Below, piece by piece: positions 1-12,277 of a stretch of DNA of 64,000 nt. The position numbers and the translations under genes were made by a program. How positions within the stretch are numbered: the stretch's first letter is position 1; the number at the start of each line of letters is the position of its first letter. The notes below the pieces were generated by a model that saw only the letters and a list, made by a program, of their open reading frames with translations, was not told where the DNA came from and searched no databases. This DNA comes from Selaginella moellendorffii (Eukaryota; Plantae; Lycopodiophyta), in the NCBI RefSeq assembly GCF_000143415.4, contig NW_003314306.1:931751-995750 (forward strand), in the 5' to 3' direction.

Positions 1-9
1 AACTCTCTT

Positions 10-2688
10 TCACCCAAGAAACTTGGCAAGCTCCATTCTTACCTCATTCGCAGCGTCCGCCATCACCTTGCCATTGTTTATAGTCGTAGTCGTCCACTGG
101 ATATTGTCCTCGCTCTTCAAGAATCGCCCTCCTCTCGGGTACTGCACTTGCTGCCACCCCATCGCGCTCCATTTGTCACACTGCTCCTCGATCCTCCTCC
201 TCTTGAACCGAAAGTGCGCCGCGATCAAATCCTTGAACACCTCGTCCGGACTGCGCAGCGCCGGCGCCATGGAATGCATCATCGTGTTGAAGCACTGCTC
301 GTAGTTGTAATTCTCGGACGCGTAGTGGCGGCTACCATCCTTGGGCCTGCTCTTCTCCCACCCGGGTTCGTTGTAGTAAGGCTCGCTCACGAACACCAGG
401 CTTTGGAGCGACACGAGCAGCTGGAGCAGCGTCGAGGATCCCGGCTGCCACGATGGTCCGGTCCAAGTCCCCAGCAAGCTCAAGCACACCTTGCCACAGT
501 GGTACAAGTTTGGATTGAATCGCACCTTGCCGCCGGCGGTGGTGAGGAACTGGACCGACGGAGGGGAGCTCGGGTAGCCATCGCCCACGAAGATGTCGAA
601 GAGGAAGATCCCATTCTCGTATGGCGTGTCGTGGGGGCCGATGATGAGCGCGCGGAGGAGGTCCATCCGGAACTCGTCCACCCGGACGTGGATCGAGGAG
701 TGGAACTCGAGCGGGAGCTGCGTGGCGAGGCCAGCCAGCTCCTTGGCGATGCGCCGGGACCGGCTGCCGTTGCCCAAGTCCGCGTCCCAGTGGATCGAGC
801 TCCGGAAGTAGTGATTCTGGAGGAGCGCAGCGTGGCCGAACTGGAGTGGCTTGAGCGCCGTCACGTAGTCGAGCTCCTCGCTGAGTGGTTCGTCCATGGC
901 GATCACTTGCTTGCCTTTGTCGTCGTGTCGCGGCGGTGGAGAGCTCTCCTTCTCGATCGTGATGCTGCTAGCGCCGGAGGAGGGCGACCCTGACGGAAGA
1001 GCGCCAGGGTGGCGGAGCTTGAAAACTTGGTCCGAGTCTTCCATCCACGCTGCATGCCACGCGAGGCGCTGCCTCCACGCACTGATCCGCCGCTCCAGCC
1101 GCTCAAACGTGTCCTTTGCCTCGCCAAACAGCGCCGCCTCCACCGCGGAGTTCTCGTCGTCGTCCACCCCGCCAAGCATCGGCGTGCTCAGGAAGAACGA
1201 GGCCTGCGTGTGGAGCTTCGCGAAGCTGGCCATGAGCGACGCCGGATGGAACAGTCCCTCGCTGCCGCTCCAGCAATCGTGGCTCGGATCCGACGCGCTG
1301 CCGCAAACCAGCGGGAGGAGCTCCGGAAGGCCGGCAACAGTCCGCAGCAGAGCAAAGAGCTCGAAGTGGAGCTCCGAGCGGGAGACGATGTCCAGCGCTG
1401 AATCGTTGCGGAGCAGCCAGCTGAGAACCTCGCGGGCGATAGAGTCACGGCAGCACAGCAGCGCGGCTGCTGGCAGCGAGACCCGGCCGCCATTCTCCAG
1501 GCACGCCAGCTTGATCCCGTCCGAGAGCTTCCTCAACACCTCGACCACTGCCTTGTCCGAGGCCTCGACATTCTTATCCACGGCCACTGCGCAAACCTCC
1601 TTGGAGCTCGCCGTCTCGGACTTCTTCGCCTTGAAAGCTCGCCGGATCGACGAGCTCTTCTTCGTGTGGTTCTTCCTCGCCACCTTGACGCTCAAGCTCG
1701 AGTGATACACTGCCCGGAGCTCCTCCACCGTCGCAAAGATGGTCTCCATCTCCGCGTCCCACGAAAAGGTCGCCGCCGCCGCCGCCACCTTGAGCCGCTT
1801 CGCCGAATTCTCACCGGGGTTGAAAGCCGCCGAGGCGTCGCGCATCCTCGAGCACAGCCACTGGTCCACAAAGTCCACGGCCTCCTTGCCGGCGACAACT
1901 CTTAGATCCTGTCGGCTCAGGGGGAGCTGGCAGATCGGACACTCGAATCCCGCAAAGCCGGACTGGAGCCTCTCCACACGGTCGCCGACGAGCCCGACCG
2001 CGCAATCCCGGCAAAAACCGTGCCCACATCCTTGGAGGGAGTAGCCGTCAACGCCGTCAACGCGGCACACCACGCAGTTGACCGGGGGCTTGACCGCTGG
2101 AGGAGCCGGGTCCTCCTCGATCATCGTCAAATCGATCGGATCAAACGGGGCTCGGCACATAGAACACGCGCTGGAGGGCATCTCATTGATGAAAGTGCAA
2201 GCCGGGCAAGCTCTCTCGCTCGATCCCGATGATCCTTCTTCGCTGTTCTTGGGCTCGTTGTTGCGAATCTCCTGCTCGATCCGCGGCTCAAACCGGGCAT
2301 TGCACATAGAACACGCCAGCGCTCCCATCTTGTTGGCGAAAGTGCAAACTGGGCATGGCTTCGATCCGGCGGCGCCGCTCGAGGCCCCAAACTCCGATCG
2401 ACACATGCTACACTTGGCGGCCCTGGAGAAATTGAGATACGTGCAAACCTCGCAAAGCTTGGAGCGGGCCTCCTTGCCCGATTCATCGTCACTGCCATCG
2501 ATCACCACAACGTTATCCTGCGGAGGAGGAGGATGGGGAGGAGGAGCACCATAGCCAGGCCCAGGGGCTACAAATTCTACTTCATCTCCTCCACTGTCGT
2601 CCTCTTCCTCGTCTTCCTCGTCTTCCTCTTCTTCCTCTTCTCCTTGACTGTAGTAGCCATCCCCCGTCTCGCCCCAGTCCACCTCCAT
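10..2688 (-). CDS. Intronless multidomain ubiquitin enzyme: acidic N-terminus, 3 RanBP2/NZF zinc fingers, C3HC4 RING, C-terminal BIRC6/UBE2O/UBE2Z-type UBC (E2) domain
   Basis: 892-aa ORF. Three CxxCT(F/Y)xN-x6-CSMC fingers (aa ~79-96, 112-129, 161-178). RING CVVC..CGHGFCRDC..CPIC (aa 205-253). UBC motifs GPHDTPYENGIFLFDI, VRFNPNLYHCGKVCLSLLGTW (catalytic Cys) and EPYYNEPG. Confidence 0.9.
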   Translation of the reverse strand: MEVDWGETGDGYYSQGEEEEEEDEEDEEEDDSGGDEVEFVAPGPGYGAPPPHPPPPQDNVVVIDGSDDESGKEARSKLCEVCTYLNFSRAAKCSMCRSEFGASSGAAGSKPCPVCTFANKMGALACSMCNARFEPRIEQEIRNNEPKNSEEGSSGSSERACPACTFINEMPSSACSMCRAPFDPIDLTMIEEDPAPPAVKPPVNCVVCRVDGVDGYSLQGCGHGFCRDCAVGLVGDRVERLQSGFAGFECPICQLPLSRQDLRVVAGKEAVDFVDQWLCSRMRDASAAFNPGENSAKRLKVAAAAATFSWDAEMETIFATVEELRAVYHSSLSVKVARKNHTKKSSSIRRAFKAKKSETASSKEVCAVAVDKNVEASDKAVVEVLRKLSDGIKLACLENGGRVSLPAAALLCCRDSIAREVLSWLLRNDSALDIVSRSELHFELFALLRTVAGLPELLPLVCGSASDPSHDCWSGSEGLFHPASLMASFAKLHTQASFFLSTPMLGGVDDDENSAVEAALFGEAKDTFERLERRISAWRQRLAWHAAWMEDSDQVFKLRHPGALPSGSPSSGASSITIEKESSPPPRHDDKGKQVIAMDEPLSEELDYVTALKPLQFGHAALLQNHYFRSSIHWDADLGNGSRSRRIAKELAGLATQLPLEFHSSIHVRVDEFRMDLLRALIIGPHDTPYENGIFLFDIFVGDGYPSSPPSVQFLTTAGGKVRFNPNLYHCGKVCLSLLGTWTGPSWQPGSSTLLQLLVSLQSLVFVSEPYYNEPGWEKSRPKDGSRHYASENYNYEQCFNTMMHSMAPALRSPDEVFKDLIAAHFRFKRRRIEEQCDKWSAMGWQQVQYPRGGRFLKSEDNIQWTTTTINNGKVMADAANEVRMELAKFLG

Positions 2689-3126
2689 GCCCGGAAAAAG
2701 CTTTGCCCTCGCCGGCGAGCGAATATTCTCCCTATCAAACCCTAGGCCTAGGGGAATATACCGGTCAATTTATCTATTTTAGGGCTGACATCAGCGATAG
2801 GATGCTGACCTTTGGTTGCTCGGGTTTTATTTTTTTGTTTGCTTTTTCCGCTTTCGCGCGTTTCCTGGATTTGAAAAAGCTCTGTTCTTGGTCGCGGATG
2901 ATTAGGGCGGAGCGATGAGAGGGCGAGCTGTGATCGTCGGGAGATGGGTAGCAGCGGCGAGAGCCCGTGCCAGTTTATCGTCGAGCTCCTGAGCGAGAAT
3001 GCGTACGATCTCATCTCCTGATCTAGAGAGGTTTTCACAGTTTCTCTTCCTTTTGCTCGTTTTCTCTAAATCAGTCCCAGTGACCGCGGTCATCGTCCCC
3101 CGCCCCCGCCTCTGCCATCGAATCTA

Positions 3127-4195
3127 ATGCTAGCGGCTTTCAATCCTGCTGCGCAAGCAGCAGCTCAAGCTCCGCCACCGCCTCCGCCGCCGCCATCGCC
3201 GCCCACCCTCACCGCCACACTGCTCTACAGCCGCGTGAGCAAGAACATCCTGTGCCTGGAGGCCGGCAAGGAGCTCGTGGACCTGGTGGTGGGCTTCCTC
3301 ACGCTGCCGCTGGGATGCGTCGTCAAGCTCCTCCAGGCGATCGAGATCCCGCCACCCGAGGGAGCGCCGCCGCCGCCGATCTCCAGCAAGCGCGAGGTGA
3401 AGCCGCTGGTGGGGATCACGAGCCTGTTCTCGTGCACCGAGAAGCTGGATGAATCGAGGATGTGTTCCAGCAAGAGCTTGCTGGTGGATCCTCGCCCAAC
3501 CATGACCTTTGGAGACAAAGTGATCCGGATCCCCGGGACCGAGGGAGCGGCGATCTACTGCTGCGGCGCCCCGGCGGCGTGCGAGTTCATCACCAAGAAA
3601 CCGGATCTAAAGTGTCCCAAGCACAAGAAGGTGATGGAGAACCCGTGCAAAGTCTTGGCGAGCGAGGAGGATGTGATCGCCGCCGCCGCTGCCGCCGCTG
3701 GGGGTGGCAAGAAGGAGGAAGCGGCTCCAAAGAAAGGGAAGAAAGGCGGGGCCCCGGCAGTGGAGGCTGCGCCGCCTCCCGGGTATATCAAAACCGGATC
3801 GAGTTTCATGATCACCAACACGCTCGAGGTTTTCCCGAGCTCCACCATCCAATCCATCTTGCGACTGGGGACGCAAAAGGGCGAGAAGATGAGCGATCTG
3901 GAGAGCATGGAGATTCCAGTGTCGGGCGAGGAGGTAAGCTTTGATCTTTGGTTTCATGCTGATGATCGCTGGATCGATTTGTCACAGATTGTCCAGATGC
4001 TAAAGTCGTCGCTTTCTTCCACCAATGTGCTCAACGATGTGTTTGGCAAGCATTGCAAGAAACGTAAGCGCGAGAAATCTCTCCACCACATTCTTGTTCT
4101 TGATGTTCTTCCTCTCGTTTCTTGTGATCCCAGCGCTAGCTTCACCGATGATGCTTCTCCCGGCACCACCATCGGCCGGAGCTCTCCCCGCGTAG
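3127..4195 (+). CDS. DUF674 family protein
   Basis: Motifs ILCLEAGKELVDLVVGFLTLPLGCVVKLL, GYIKTGSSFMITNTLEVFPSS and LKSSLSSTNVLNDVF. Probable introns 3934-3987 (54 nt, in frame, no stop) and 4064-4133. 3' end uncertain (4195 spliced, 4227 unspliced). Confidence 0.75.
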
Positions 4196-4687
4196 AGATC
4201 AAACGCAGGAAGAAAAGGAGAGAGTGATTTAGAGCGTGGATTGGATGATCTTCCGGGAAGAACACAATGTTTGAGATTTATGGCCTAGTGAGGAAGAAAG
4301 GCGTTTTAAAAGCTTGCATGGACTGCCACGTAGCAAACCTCGCCATGGCCATGGGCATGAATGGGCATGGCCATGCATAGTGCCATTCAACGAGAGGGCG
4401 GGAAAAAAATCGCTAGGGGAGGCGTTGTTCCAATTACAATAAATTTGGTTTCCACAAAATAGCGAAGATGGTTCTTTAGGTTTTGTGGCGCTGCCCTAAT
4501 TCGTCCGGTCTGGAGCTCGAGCGCGGCGCCGTGGCAAGGTAGAGCGATTTCTCTCGCAATCTTGTGGAATGTAGATTCGGAGCTCTCGGCCGGCAGCGCG
4601 AGCGATCGAAAATGCGGGGGGATTGGCGATGGAGCGGCGCCACCGAGTGACGGATTCTTCGCCGCCGGAGGGAGCCGCGGGCGCGAT

Positions 4688-6144
4688 ATGACCGGTGGGA
4701 GGGGTTTTCCAGGCAGTGGAGCTGTGGCATTTCACATCGAGCTGGGCGACGATCGGGAGGCCGTGGAGAGGAGGAGGATTGTGTACGATAGCTCCGGGAG
4801 GGACGACGATGGTTTCAATGGAATAGTTGGCAGGAGTGAGGTGAGCGTTTCTCACAGTGATGGGTCCGAGGACTACGTAGACGAAGAGCTCGACTTGGAA
4901 GCTGATGGAAGGGATGGTCTGGTGGATGGAGATAGAACCCCGCAGATGCAAATTCCCAGCCAGGATAGCTTCCAGAGGATGACGAGCAGCGAGAGGGATA
5001 GGATCATGAAAACGGCGAGCCAGAAGTTTGGGATGTTTCCATTCTTTAACCCCGCGTCCTACAGCGAGAACGGTGCGAGGGAGAGGCCAGAGGGCGATGG
5101 AAACGGTGGTGAAGCGGGTGTTCCAGACTCCGCTTACTTCAGTTCGATGGTTAACTCCGCGGCTGGACGTGTTCCTCCGGCGACTGATACTACCTCGGTT
5201 CGTCACTTCCTGTCGGATCCAGTATCGTAAGTTGTAGATGTTTCGCTATGCTTGCTAACTTGCGGGGTTTATCAGTGGCGCGCTCATGGAGGACGCTGTC
5301 ATATTTCCCTGCGGACACTCGGTTGGAACCTCTGGCTTTCAACGAGTCCAAGAAACTGTATGTGACGAGAGATGGAATGCTCTTTGTACTGACCATGTTT
5401 TTCTTTCTCTTTTGTAGAACGCGTGCGTTGTTTGTATGATGCCGACTGCTCCTATGTCGGCTGCTCCTAACCATGGTATTGCTGCTCGGATTTTCTCCTA
5501 AACTCTCACTTTTTTTCTCTGGCAGCTCTAAGGCAAGCGGTACACGCCTACAAACGGGAGAGAGAGTTTCCTATAATCACTTGCTCGAAAACGCTGAAGA
5601 GGAAACGCGAACAGGTGTGGTGTGGAACTTATTTCCTGAGACGTTCTTATCGTTTTGTTTACGTTGTTTTAGGAGGATAATGGGAAAGTCAAGGGCGTGC
5701 AATTTCCATACTCGGTCAGTGATCGCGTTCTTATCAAGGTAAGTGATTTCACAAACTTTAGAATCCCCGGCGATAAATTCTCCGCAAAATCTCACAGGGT
5801 AACAAGCGAACTCCCGAGAGATTTGTTGGCCGCGAAGCGATTATTACCACTCAATGCTTGAATGGATGGTAAAACTCTCGCTTTGATCTGTTCTTTCGTC
5901 TCGTTTGACGATGTTCTTTCGCAGGTACTTGGTGAGGACAATAGACAATGGCGAGAGCGTCAGGTTACAATACCGATCTCTCCAAAAAATAGGAGGTAGC
6001 AAATCGAAGTTTCGTTTTTTTAACTTTGGATCTTACGAGACATTCTTGTGGCATTCTTGTGGCAGACTAAACGAGCGAAGACAAAGGTTAAAAGGTGAAT
6101 TCTTCCAGCCCAGATTTTACCAAAGTTTTGTAGAGAGCCTTTGA
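4688..6144 (+). CDS. U-box protein, PUB62/PUB63-like (multi-exon)
   Basis: Spliced translation gives LSDPVS-GALMEDAVIFPCGHSVG..ACVVC..PNH-ALRQAV, then VQFPYSVSDRVLIK-GNKRTPERFVGREAIITTQCLNGW-YLVRTIDNGESVRLQYRSLQK. Start and stop approximate. Confidence 0.8.
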
Positions 6145-6379
6145 AAATCAAATTGACGTGTAGCATATTCTCCATCAAATCGACGTGTCAAAGGCGAGGG
6201 GCTGCCGTAGGATCACTGATCCGACGGCCGTGGGAGCTTTCGCGCGAAGGAAGTAGCTCTCCGCTCGCACCGCGCTAGGGCAATAATAATCTCGCGAGGC
6301 ACATTTCAGGTATGGCGCTAGGGTTTTAGGCAATTCTCTTCTACAGAGGCGCTAGAGATTCTCGCCAGAGCCACGATTC

Positions 6380-7978
6380 ATGGCGTCTTTAGCTGAGAGG
6401 ATAGCTTCCGCGTGCCTGGCAGGTGATTGATCTTTGAAAAATTCGAGTGCGAGAGATCTGATCGGCCGATTGATGCAGTTCTTACGATTGCGCCGCTCGT
6501 CGTCAACGTAAATCCCAACGCTAACGTGATTCTTACCGCCTGCCTGACTGTTTTCATCGGTTGTCATCGATCCGTCAAGCCGGCTCCGCCCGTGGTAAGT
6601 GTTCTTGAGCTCCTTGCTTTTTCATATGTGAAAAAACGTTCTTTGTACAGGAAACTCTTTCCAAGGGACATGCCATACGCTTCCCTTTCGTCGGCAGTGC
6701 CGTCCTATGCTCTTTGTTTCTTCTCTTCAAATTTATTCCCAAGGAGCTGATCAACGGGATACTCACGCTCTACTTCGTGGTTCTCGGAGTTCTTGCTCTA
6801 ACGTAAGTAACTTGTGTGTCAAGGAAAATTAACTCATTGTTCTTGTAGTGCTACCATCTGGCCAGATGTCAAAGACTTCATTCCAAAGGCCTGGGACGAG
6901 AAAGAGATTTCTTTACATCTTCCGTATTTCACCAGTAAGATCATCTCATTTTATCACTTTGTGCGATTTTTCTTAGGATTCGCTGCAGATGTTGGTGTGG
7001 AGTTTACTCTTGCCCAGCTGTTTGTATCCATTCCGGGAATTTGCTTTTGTGCTTGGTATGCTCTACGAAAACACTGGCTGGCGAACAACACCCTCGGACT
7101 GGCATTCTCGATACAGGTGCTTTAGAGCTCTTCTTTTCTCAATTTACACAATGAACATACTTTCAGGGAATCGAGATGCTGTCTCTGGGCTCATTCAAGA
7201 TCGGGGCGATTCTTCTGGTACCGTGTTCACTTACAAAACAACACTTTGATGATTTGTTTTCTCTCTCTGTCTCGCCAGGCCGGGCTATTCGTATATGACA
7301 TCTTCTGGGTATTCTTCACTCCTGTGATGGTCACCGTTGCGAAGTCCTTTGATGCTCCCATCAAGGTTTGCTCTCTCAGTGCAATGCATCCTTCTCTAAT
7401 CCCTCCATGCAGCTAATCTTCCCGACTGGCTCTTCGAGCAAACCGTTCTCTATGCTGGGTCTCGGCGACATAGTAATCCCAGGTAAAGCCATCTTTTTCC
7501 TCTTCTTTGGTGACGGGGGATTTCAACTCAGGAATTTTTGTTGCACTGGCTCTGCGATTCGATGTGTCTCGGGGCACTGGAAAGCGCTACTTCACCAGTG
7601 CGTTTATGGGCTATATAACTGGAATCGTGGCCACCATAATCGTCATGAACGTGTTTCAAGCTGCTCAGGTAGAAGTTCAAGCACTACTGTTTAAAAGCTT
7701 GTCTGACTTTCTCCTTGGTGTTCTATCCAGCCCGCATTGCTGTACATTGTACCGTGCGTGACGGGCTTCTTGGCCGTTCACTGCCTTGCGAAAGGGGAGA
7801 TCAAACCGGTAAATCACACATCTAGTTACATCTAGTTCTTGTTTTGCCTCGAAATCTTACATGGTTTTTTTCCTTGTGATTCTAGCTCCTGGAATTCGAT
7901 GAGGCTGCCACAAAACGAGCTCTCGAAGAAGCAACGAGCTCGGAAGAAACCACTGAATCCACCAAAAAGGATGACTAA
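6380..7978 (+). CDS. SPP: Signal peptide peptidase (presenilin-type aspartyl intramembrane protease), multi-exon
   Basis: HWLANNTLG, GLFVYDIFWVF (YD), FSMLGLGDIVIPG (GxGD), QPALLYIVP, and C-terminal KKDD* ER-retrieval signal. Confidence 0.92.
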
Positions 7979-8413
7979 CAAAGGTAAATTTTTGTATCGC
8001 CAAGAACAACGTCTTGTTTTTCAAAACATTTAAAAAAAGTTTGGAAATTTTGGCATCCGACGCTTTCCAGGATTGAAAGGTCGAGATTGAAAGGAATATA
8101 CGAATATGCCGCCACGCGAAGGTAACGTCTCTTCAACATGGCGCGCGACCCGTGGTGCTTGGAAACGAGGGTTTCGTTCCAAGACTGGGGCCAGTAGTCC
8201 CGGCGATCGCCACTCGCCGGTCCGATCGCTCCATTCGTGATCTTTGCCCTAGATTTCGGCGCGGCCCAGAAATCGGCAGCGCAGTCTTGACAATGTGAGT
8301 TCTTGGCTGGATTCCGCAGCGGAATCCTCGCTAGTCCGTGTTCCAGGTGGGAGCTTCGCCGCCGGCTGTGGCGAATCAGCTAGGATCGGCTGGAGCTCCA
8401 GAAAACCAGCGCA

Positions 8414-11239
8414 ATGAAGGTCGACGCGGGGCAAATCCGGATTATCATGCGGCCTTCTCGCCCCGAGATTGAAGGTAAAGCTCGCGATTCTTAGCCCCCT
8501 TTCGGTCTCGATCAATGGGAATTTTTCTTGCGGTCTTTGCAGCTGTGACTCCTTCCACTGTTAGTCGCAGCCCGACTAGCAGGAGCCCGAGGAGTCCCGC
8601 GAGCGTGGCAAAGAGTGGATCGGACTCCGAGCACAAGGCTAGCAATATCCATGTATACGTTCGCGTTCGTCCTCTCGCGAAGGACGAGATAGCTTCCGGG
8701 GTAAAGTCCGCGGTGGAAGTGTCCAGGGACGAGACAACCATCCAGGTTGGTGAGTACATTATATGGCACTGGAAAATTCACTAAGATTTCGTTAAAGGGA
8801 GAATGAGACGAGTGGGACTCCTCCACTGTGCTAAATTGCTACGCTATGTCAGGTTGTGGATCGCCAGCAATCTTTCGGGTATACGGCCATGAAAACGTTC
8901 CAGGTGTGTGAAGAAGTTTTTCTTTTCTTTCTACCTTGTAAGATTCGCTAAGCTTGTGTGTGGGATTTTTGGCAGTTTGATGGCTGCTTTGGTCCCTCCA
9001 TCACGCAAGAGAAGCTCATGGAGAAGTGTAATATGAGGAAGCTGCTGGACTCGGTGCTGGATGGTTACTCGTCGACTGTGATGGCTTATGGCCAAACTGG
9101 CTCGGGGAAGACTTACACAATGTGTGGTCGCCAAGAGGTAAGAGCTTTGAGCGATGGAGTTGAGCTAACACTCAATGTGAATGTAGGGTAGCGTGAAGGA
9201 GAAGATAACAGAGGGTGGTGTTATTGCTCGTTCAGTGAGATATATTTTCGAAGCTATCAGAAGACGAACCGTATTGGATGATCAGAAAACGTACTCCTTG
9301 CGGGCCTCCTACTTTGAGATCTACAATGAGCAAGTATGTTTCTCTCATTTTGCTCGTTTCTCCCTTTTGTGACGAAATGAATTAAGAATGACAGGTCCAT
9401 GATTTACTGCGGGAGGAGTGCTCTCCAAGGGAGGTCAGATGGAACCAGTCGGACGGTTTTCACGTTGAAGGCCTTCTTGTTGTGGATTGCGAGACTGTTG
9501 AAGACGTGTTTGCTGTTGTGAACGAAGGGGCCAAGAACCGCAAGGTAGCTGAAAGAAGAATCTAGATCGTTCTAATGTTCTGGATTTTACAGGTTGGCTC
9601 TCACAATCAAAACAAGGATAGCAGCAGGAGTCATTGTATTATGACCCTGTACGTGGATTCCATATCTTCCATGGGAGATGGGCCAATTCTACTGAGACAT
9701 GGCCGACTACTATTTGTTGATTTGGCCGGAAGTGAAAGGTTGAAGAAAACAAAAAGCTCCGGCGACATGCTGAAAGAGACGGGAAGCATAAACCGGTCGC
9801 TTTTTACGCTTGGCAAGGTAATCTTGACGCGTTTATCGAGCCATTCGAGTTAATGCTCAATGTACAGGTTATCTCAGCTTTATCGGAGGGTAAGAAGGAG
9901 GAGATAGTACCATACAGGTCTGGATGTGTTTGTAATGTGAATTAGCTCGAGCTTACGCATTTTGGCAATGCAGGGAGAGCATGTTGACGAAGCTTATAAT
10001 GGAGAGTTTGGGAGGCAGCAGCCTGGGACTTATGATTGCTTGTGTTTCTCCGGCAACAACCGTTGTCGATCAAACGTTGAGCACCCTGCATTACGCCACT
10101 TGCGCGAAGCAGATTGTCAACATTCCATCTGTGAAGATGGACGAGAAAGACAGGGTACGTATGACATCCTTTCCGACAGGGAAACTTACTGACGTGTTTA
10201 TGTTTCGCAGGTCATAACACAACTCCAGAAAGAAGTGTCTCGCCTGAAAGACGAAAACCAGTCGCTGAGGTCGAAGCTGGGGATCATGGGAACTGGACAA
10301 ATCTGCGACATAGCGACGTTGTCAAACTGCGCTTCGAAAATGTGCATGCCATGCTCAAAGCCGGACGCGAGGCCGAACGACTACATCCCTTCCAAGGTAC
10401 GTCCACTACTCTTTCCCTTTAGACTGCATCTATTGACCGGTAACCCAGGTGGATGTGGGCTTGGAGAAACCAATCCCATGGCCTCATGGTGTTTCATCAT
10501 GAAACTAATGGGTGGGGAGATGCATTTCCTGCATCGGAGGAGGGGGACTTTACATACTTTGGCTAGACGTTCCATCAGAGAGTCTTTCTTCCTGGTTCCT
10601 GGGTCTGTGGTGGTGCTGTGCATGTTGTGCATGCTTGCTTCTTTGTCTTTCTTATTCATGTTGTGGCATTTCTCTGGCAAGACAAAGTTTCAGCTGAGCT
10701 ACAGCCTGGATTGTCGACGAGCTAAGGCTAGTGGAACAGGGCAGGAAAGACGTGAGAATGTAGTAAACAGGGCCAGGAGAAGAGCAGGCAGGAGGATAGG
10801 CGTAGTAGATAGGGGGTAACGCTGAACCTTGTGAAAGAACCGCGCTGCTTGCTCTTTTAGCTTTTGCTTTTTGCCAACTCGTTTTGAATGGAACCATGGG
10901 TGCTGCGTGCAGGAGATCACAGGCGGAGAAAAGCTGCCTGAGGGACGCTTAAGTAGAAATGGCAGTCCGGATAAGCAGCCGGGCAGTGAGGATTGGTCCG
11001 TGGTAGAGTTTTTCACTCGGTACAGTAGGGAGAGTCTAAAGGGGACAGGGAAGGCAAAATGGTTACAGCAGGCAGCAAACAGGAGGCAGCGGATATGTGT
11101 GGATCACTTGACTCCGTCGATCAAAAACAAGGTGCTGTCGCGGACGAGCAGCCGGTGTGGTCCGTCCGAGCCGGATTTCCAAGGAAGTATCATTGTCAAC
11201 CACGACGCGTTCTATCGGATACTGGACTTGGATTTGTAG
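8414..11239 (+). CDS. N-terminal-motor kinesin, most similar by eye to KIF12/kinesin-16 (multi-exon; 3' end uncertain)
   Basis: IHVYVRVRP, AYGQTGSGKTYTM (P-loop), SYFEIYNEQVHDLL, NKDSSRSH, FVDLAGSER, INRSLFTLGKVISAL, VPYRESMLTKLIMESLGG, MIACVSP. Confidence 0.85.
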
Positions 11240-12277
11240 CGTGGGTGACGGGACGGGCAGCACACGGGGGTGGAAGTGTTTGATGGTTTGTCGGGTCATC
11301 CGAAAGCCAGGGCTGCGCAGGCGAAAAAACTCCAGCTCAAAAACGCAGGAAGAGCTGTAAGTTGGAAGTTTGTGACTGCCTGGTTTTGCTTTGCATCGTT
11401 TGCCTTCTTTCTCTTTTTGTTACTTCTTCTTCACAGCGATGTTTCTACAGTGGCTAACGTCGTGTTTGATATTCTATCGATGCAGAGAGATTTGTGGTCG
11501 TGCTTCTGCTTTTGGTGGCCACGGCCTAGATGATATTTTTTTGGGGGGTCCATCCTCGTCGGTCGGGAATGTACATTCTAATCATCCTGTTTCGAAAGGA
11601 GACAGGAGCTTCAAATAGGACTCTACTCTCTCGTCCATCCATCCAGGTAGCGTGTTTTGCTCTAGCTTCGTAGAGTTCTTTCATTCTTTTCTACGGGAAT
11701 GTCTCAGCTAGATTGGATTGATTAAACTGCCAGCAGTAGTAAAGCAGGCAGCGCGTGTCGATCGATCGACAAGTTTCACGCGGAAGACGATCGCGCGAAA
11801 CTTACGAGACGAAAAGCCAACGCCAGCAAACTCCTTTTTAAAGAAGAAGAAGGCGCGACATCCAACGGCGGAGGTTTCCAACGGCTGGGATCTCTTTTCG
11901 CCTCCATCTTGTTGCCAAATCGCCATCGCGGAAGCGACGTTGTGGCGACCGTTTCCAAATCCCGGGGCATATTCTCCGGCACCAACGCGTACGACACAAT
12001 CGCTCTGCGATGTAGGTAGACGTGTTGCTGTTTCTTCCCGGAAAGCATAAAAACAGAGCATCCCTCTCTTTTTCTTCTCTCCCTCTTGGCGCTCTTTGTC
12101 TCGTCTAGCCCCCAATTCTCCGCTTCTCCCGCTCGATTCTCTCAATCCAGGGCCGCAATTGCCCTCTCTCTGCCAGATTTGAAGTGGGCAGCGTCCAATT
12201 TCGCGTTTCCGCCGCGGATTGATCTGGGTTGGAGCTGGTGCTCTGTTTTTTGCCTTTGCTAGTGTTCTTGGGTGGCT

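Noticed and set aside
148-2554. Long antisense ORFs over GC-rich genes (also over the NHL, PPR, gag, lipase and F-box genes)
   Set aside because: Shadow frames expected from GC3-rich codon usage; no recognisable motifs.
4316-4390. Cluster of CATG/RY-like motifs
   Set aside because: Short low-complexity motifs with no independent support.
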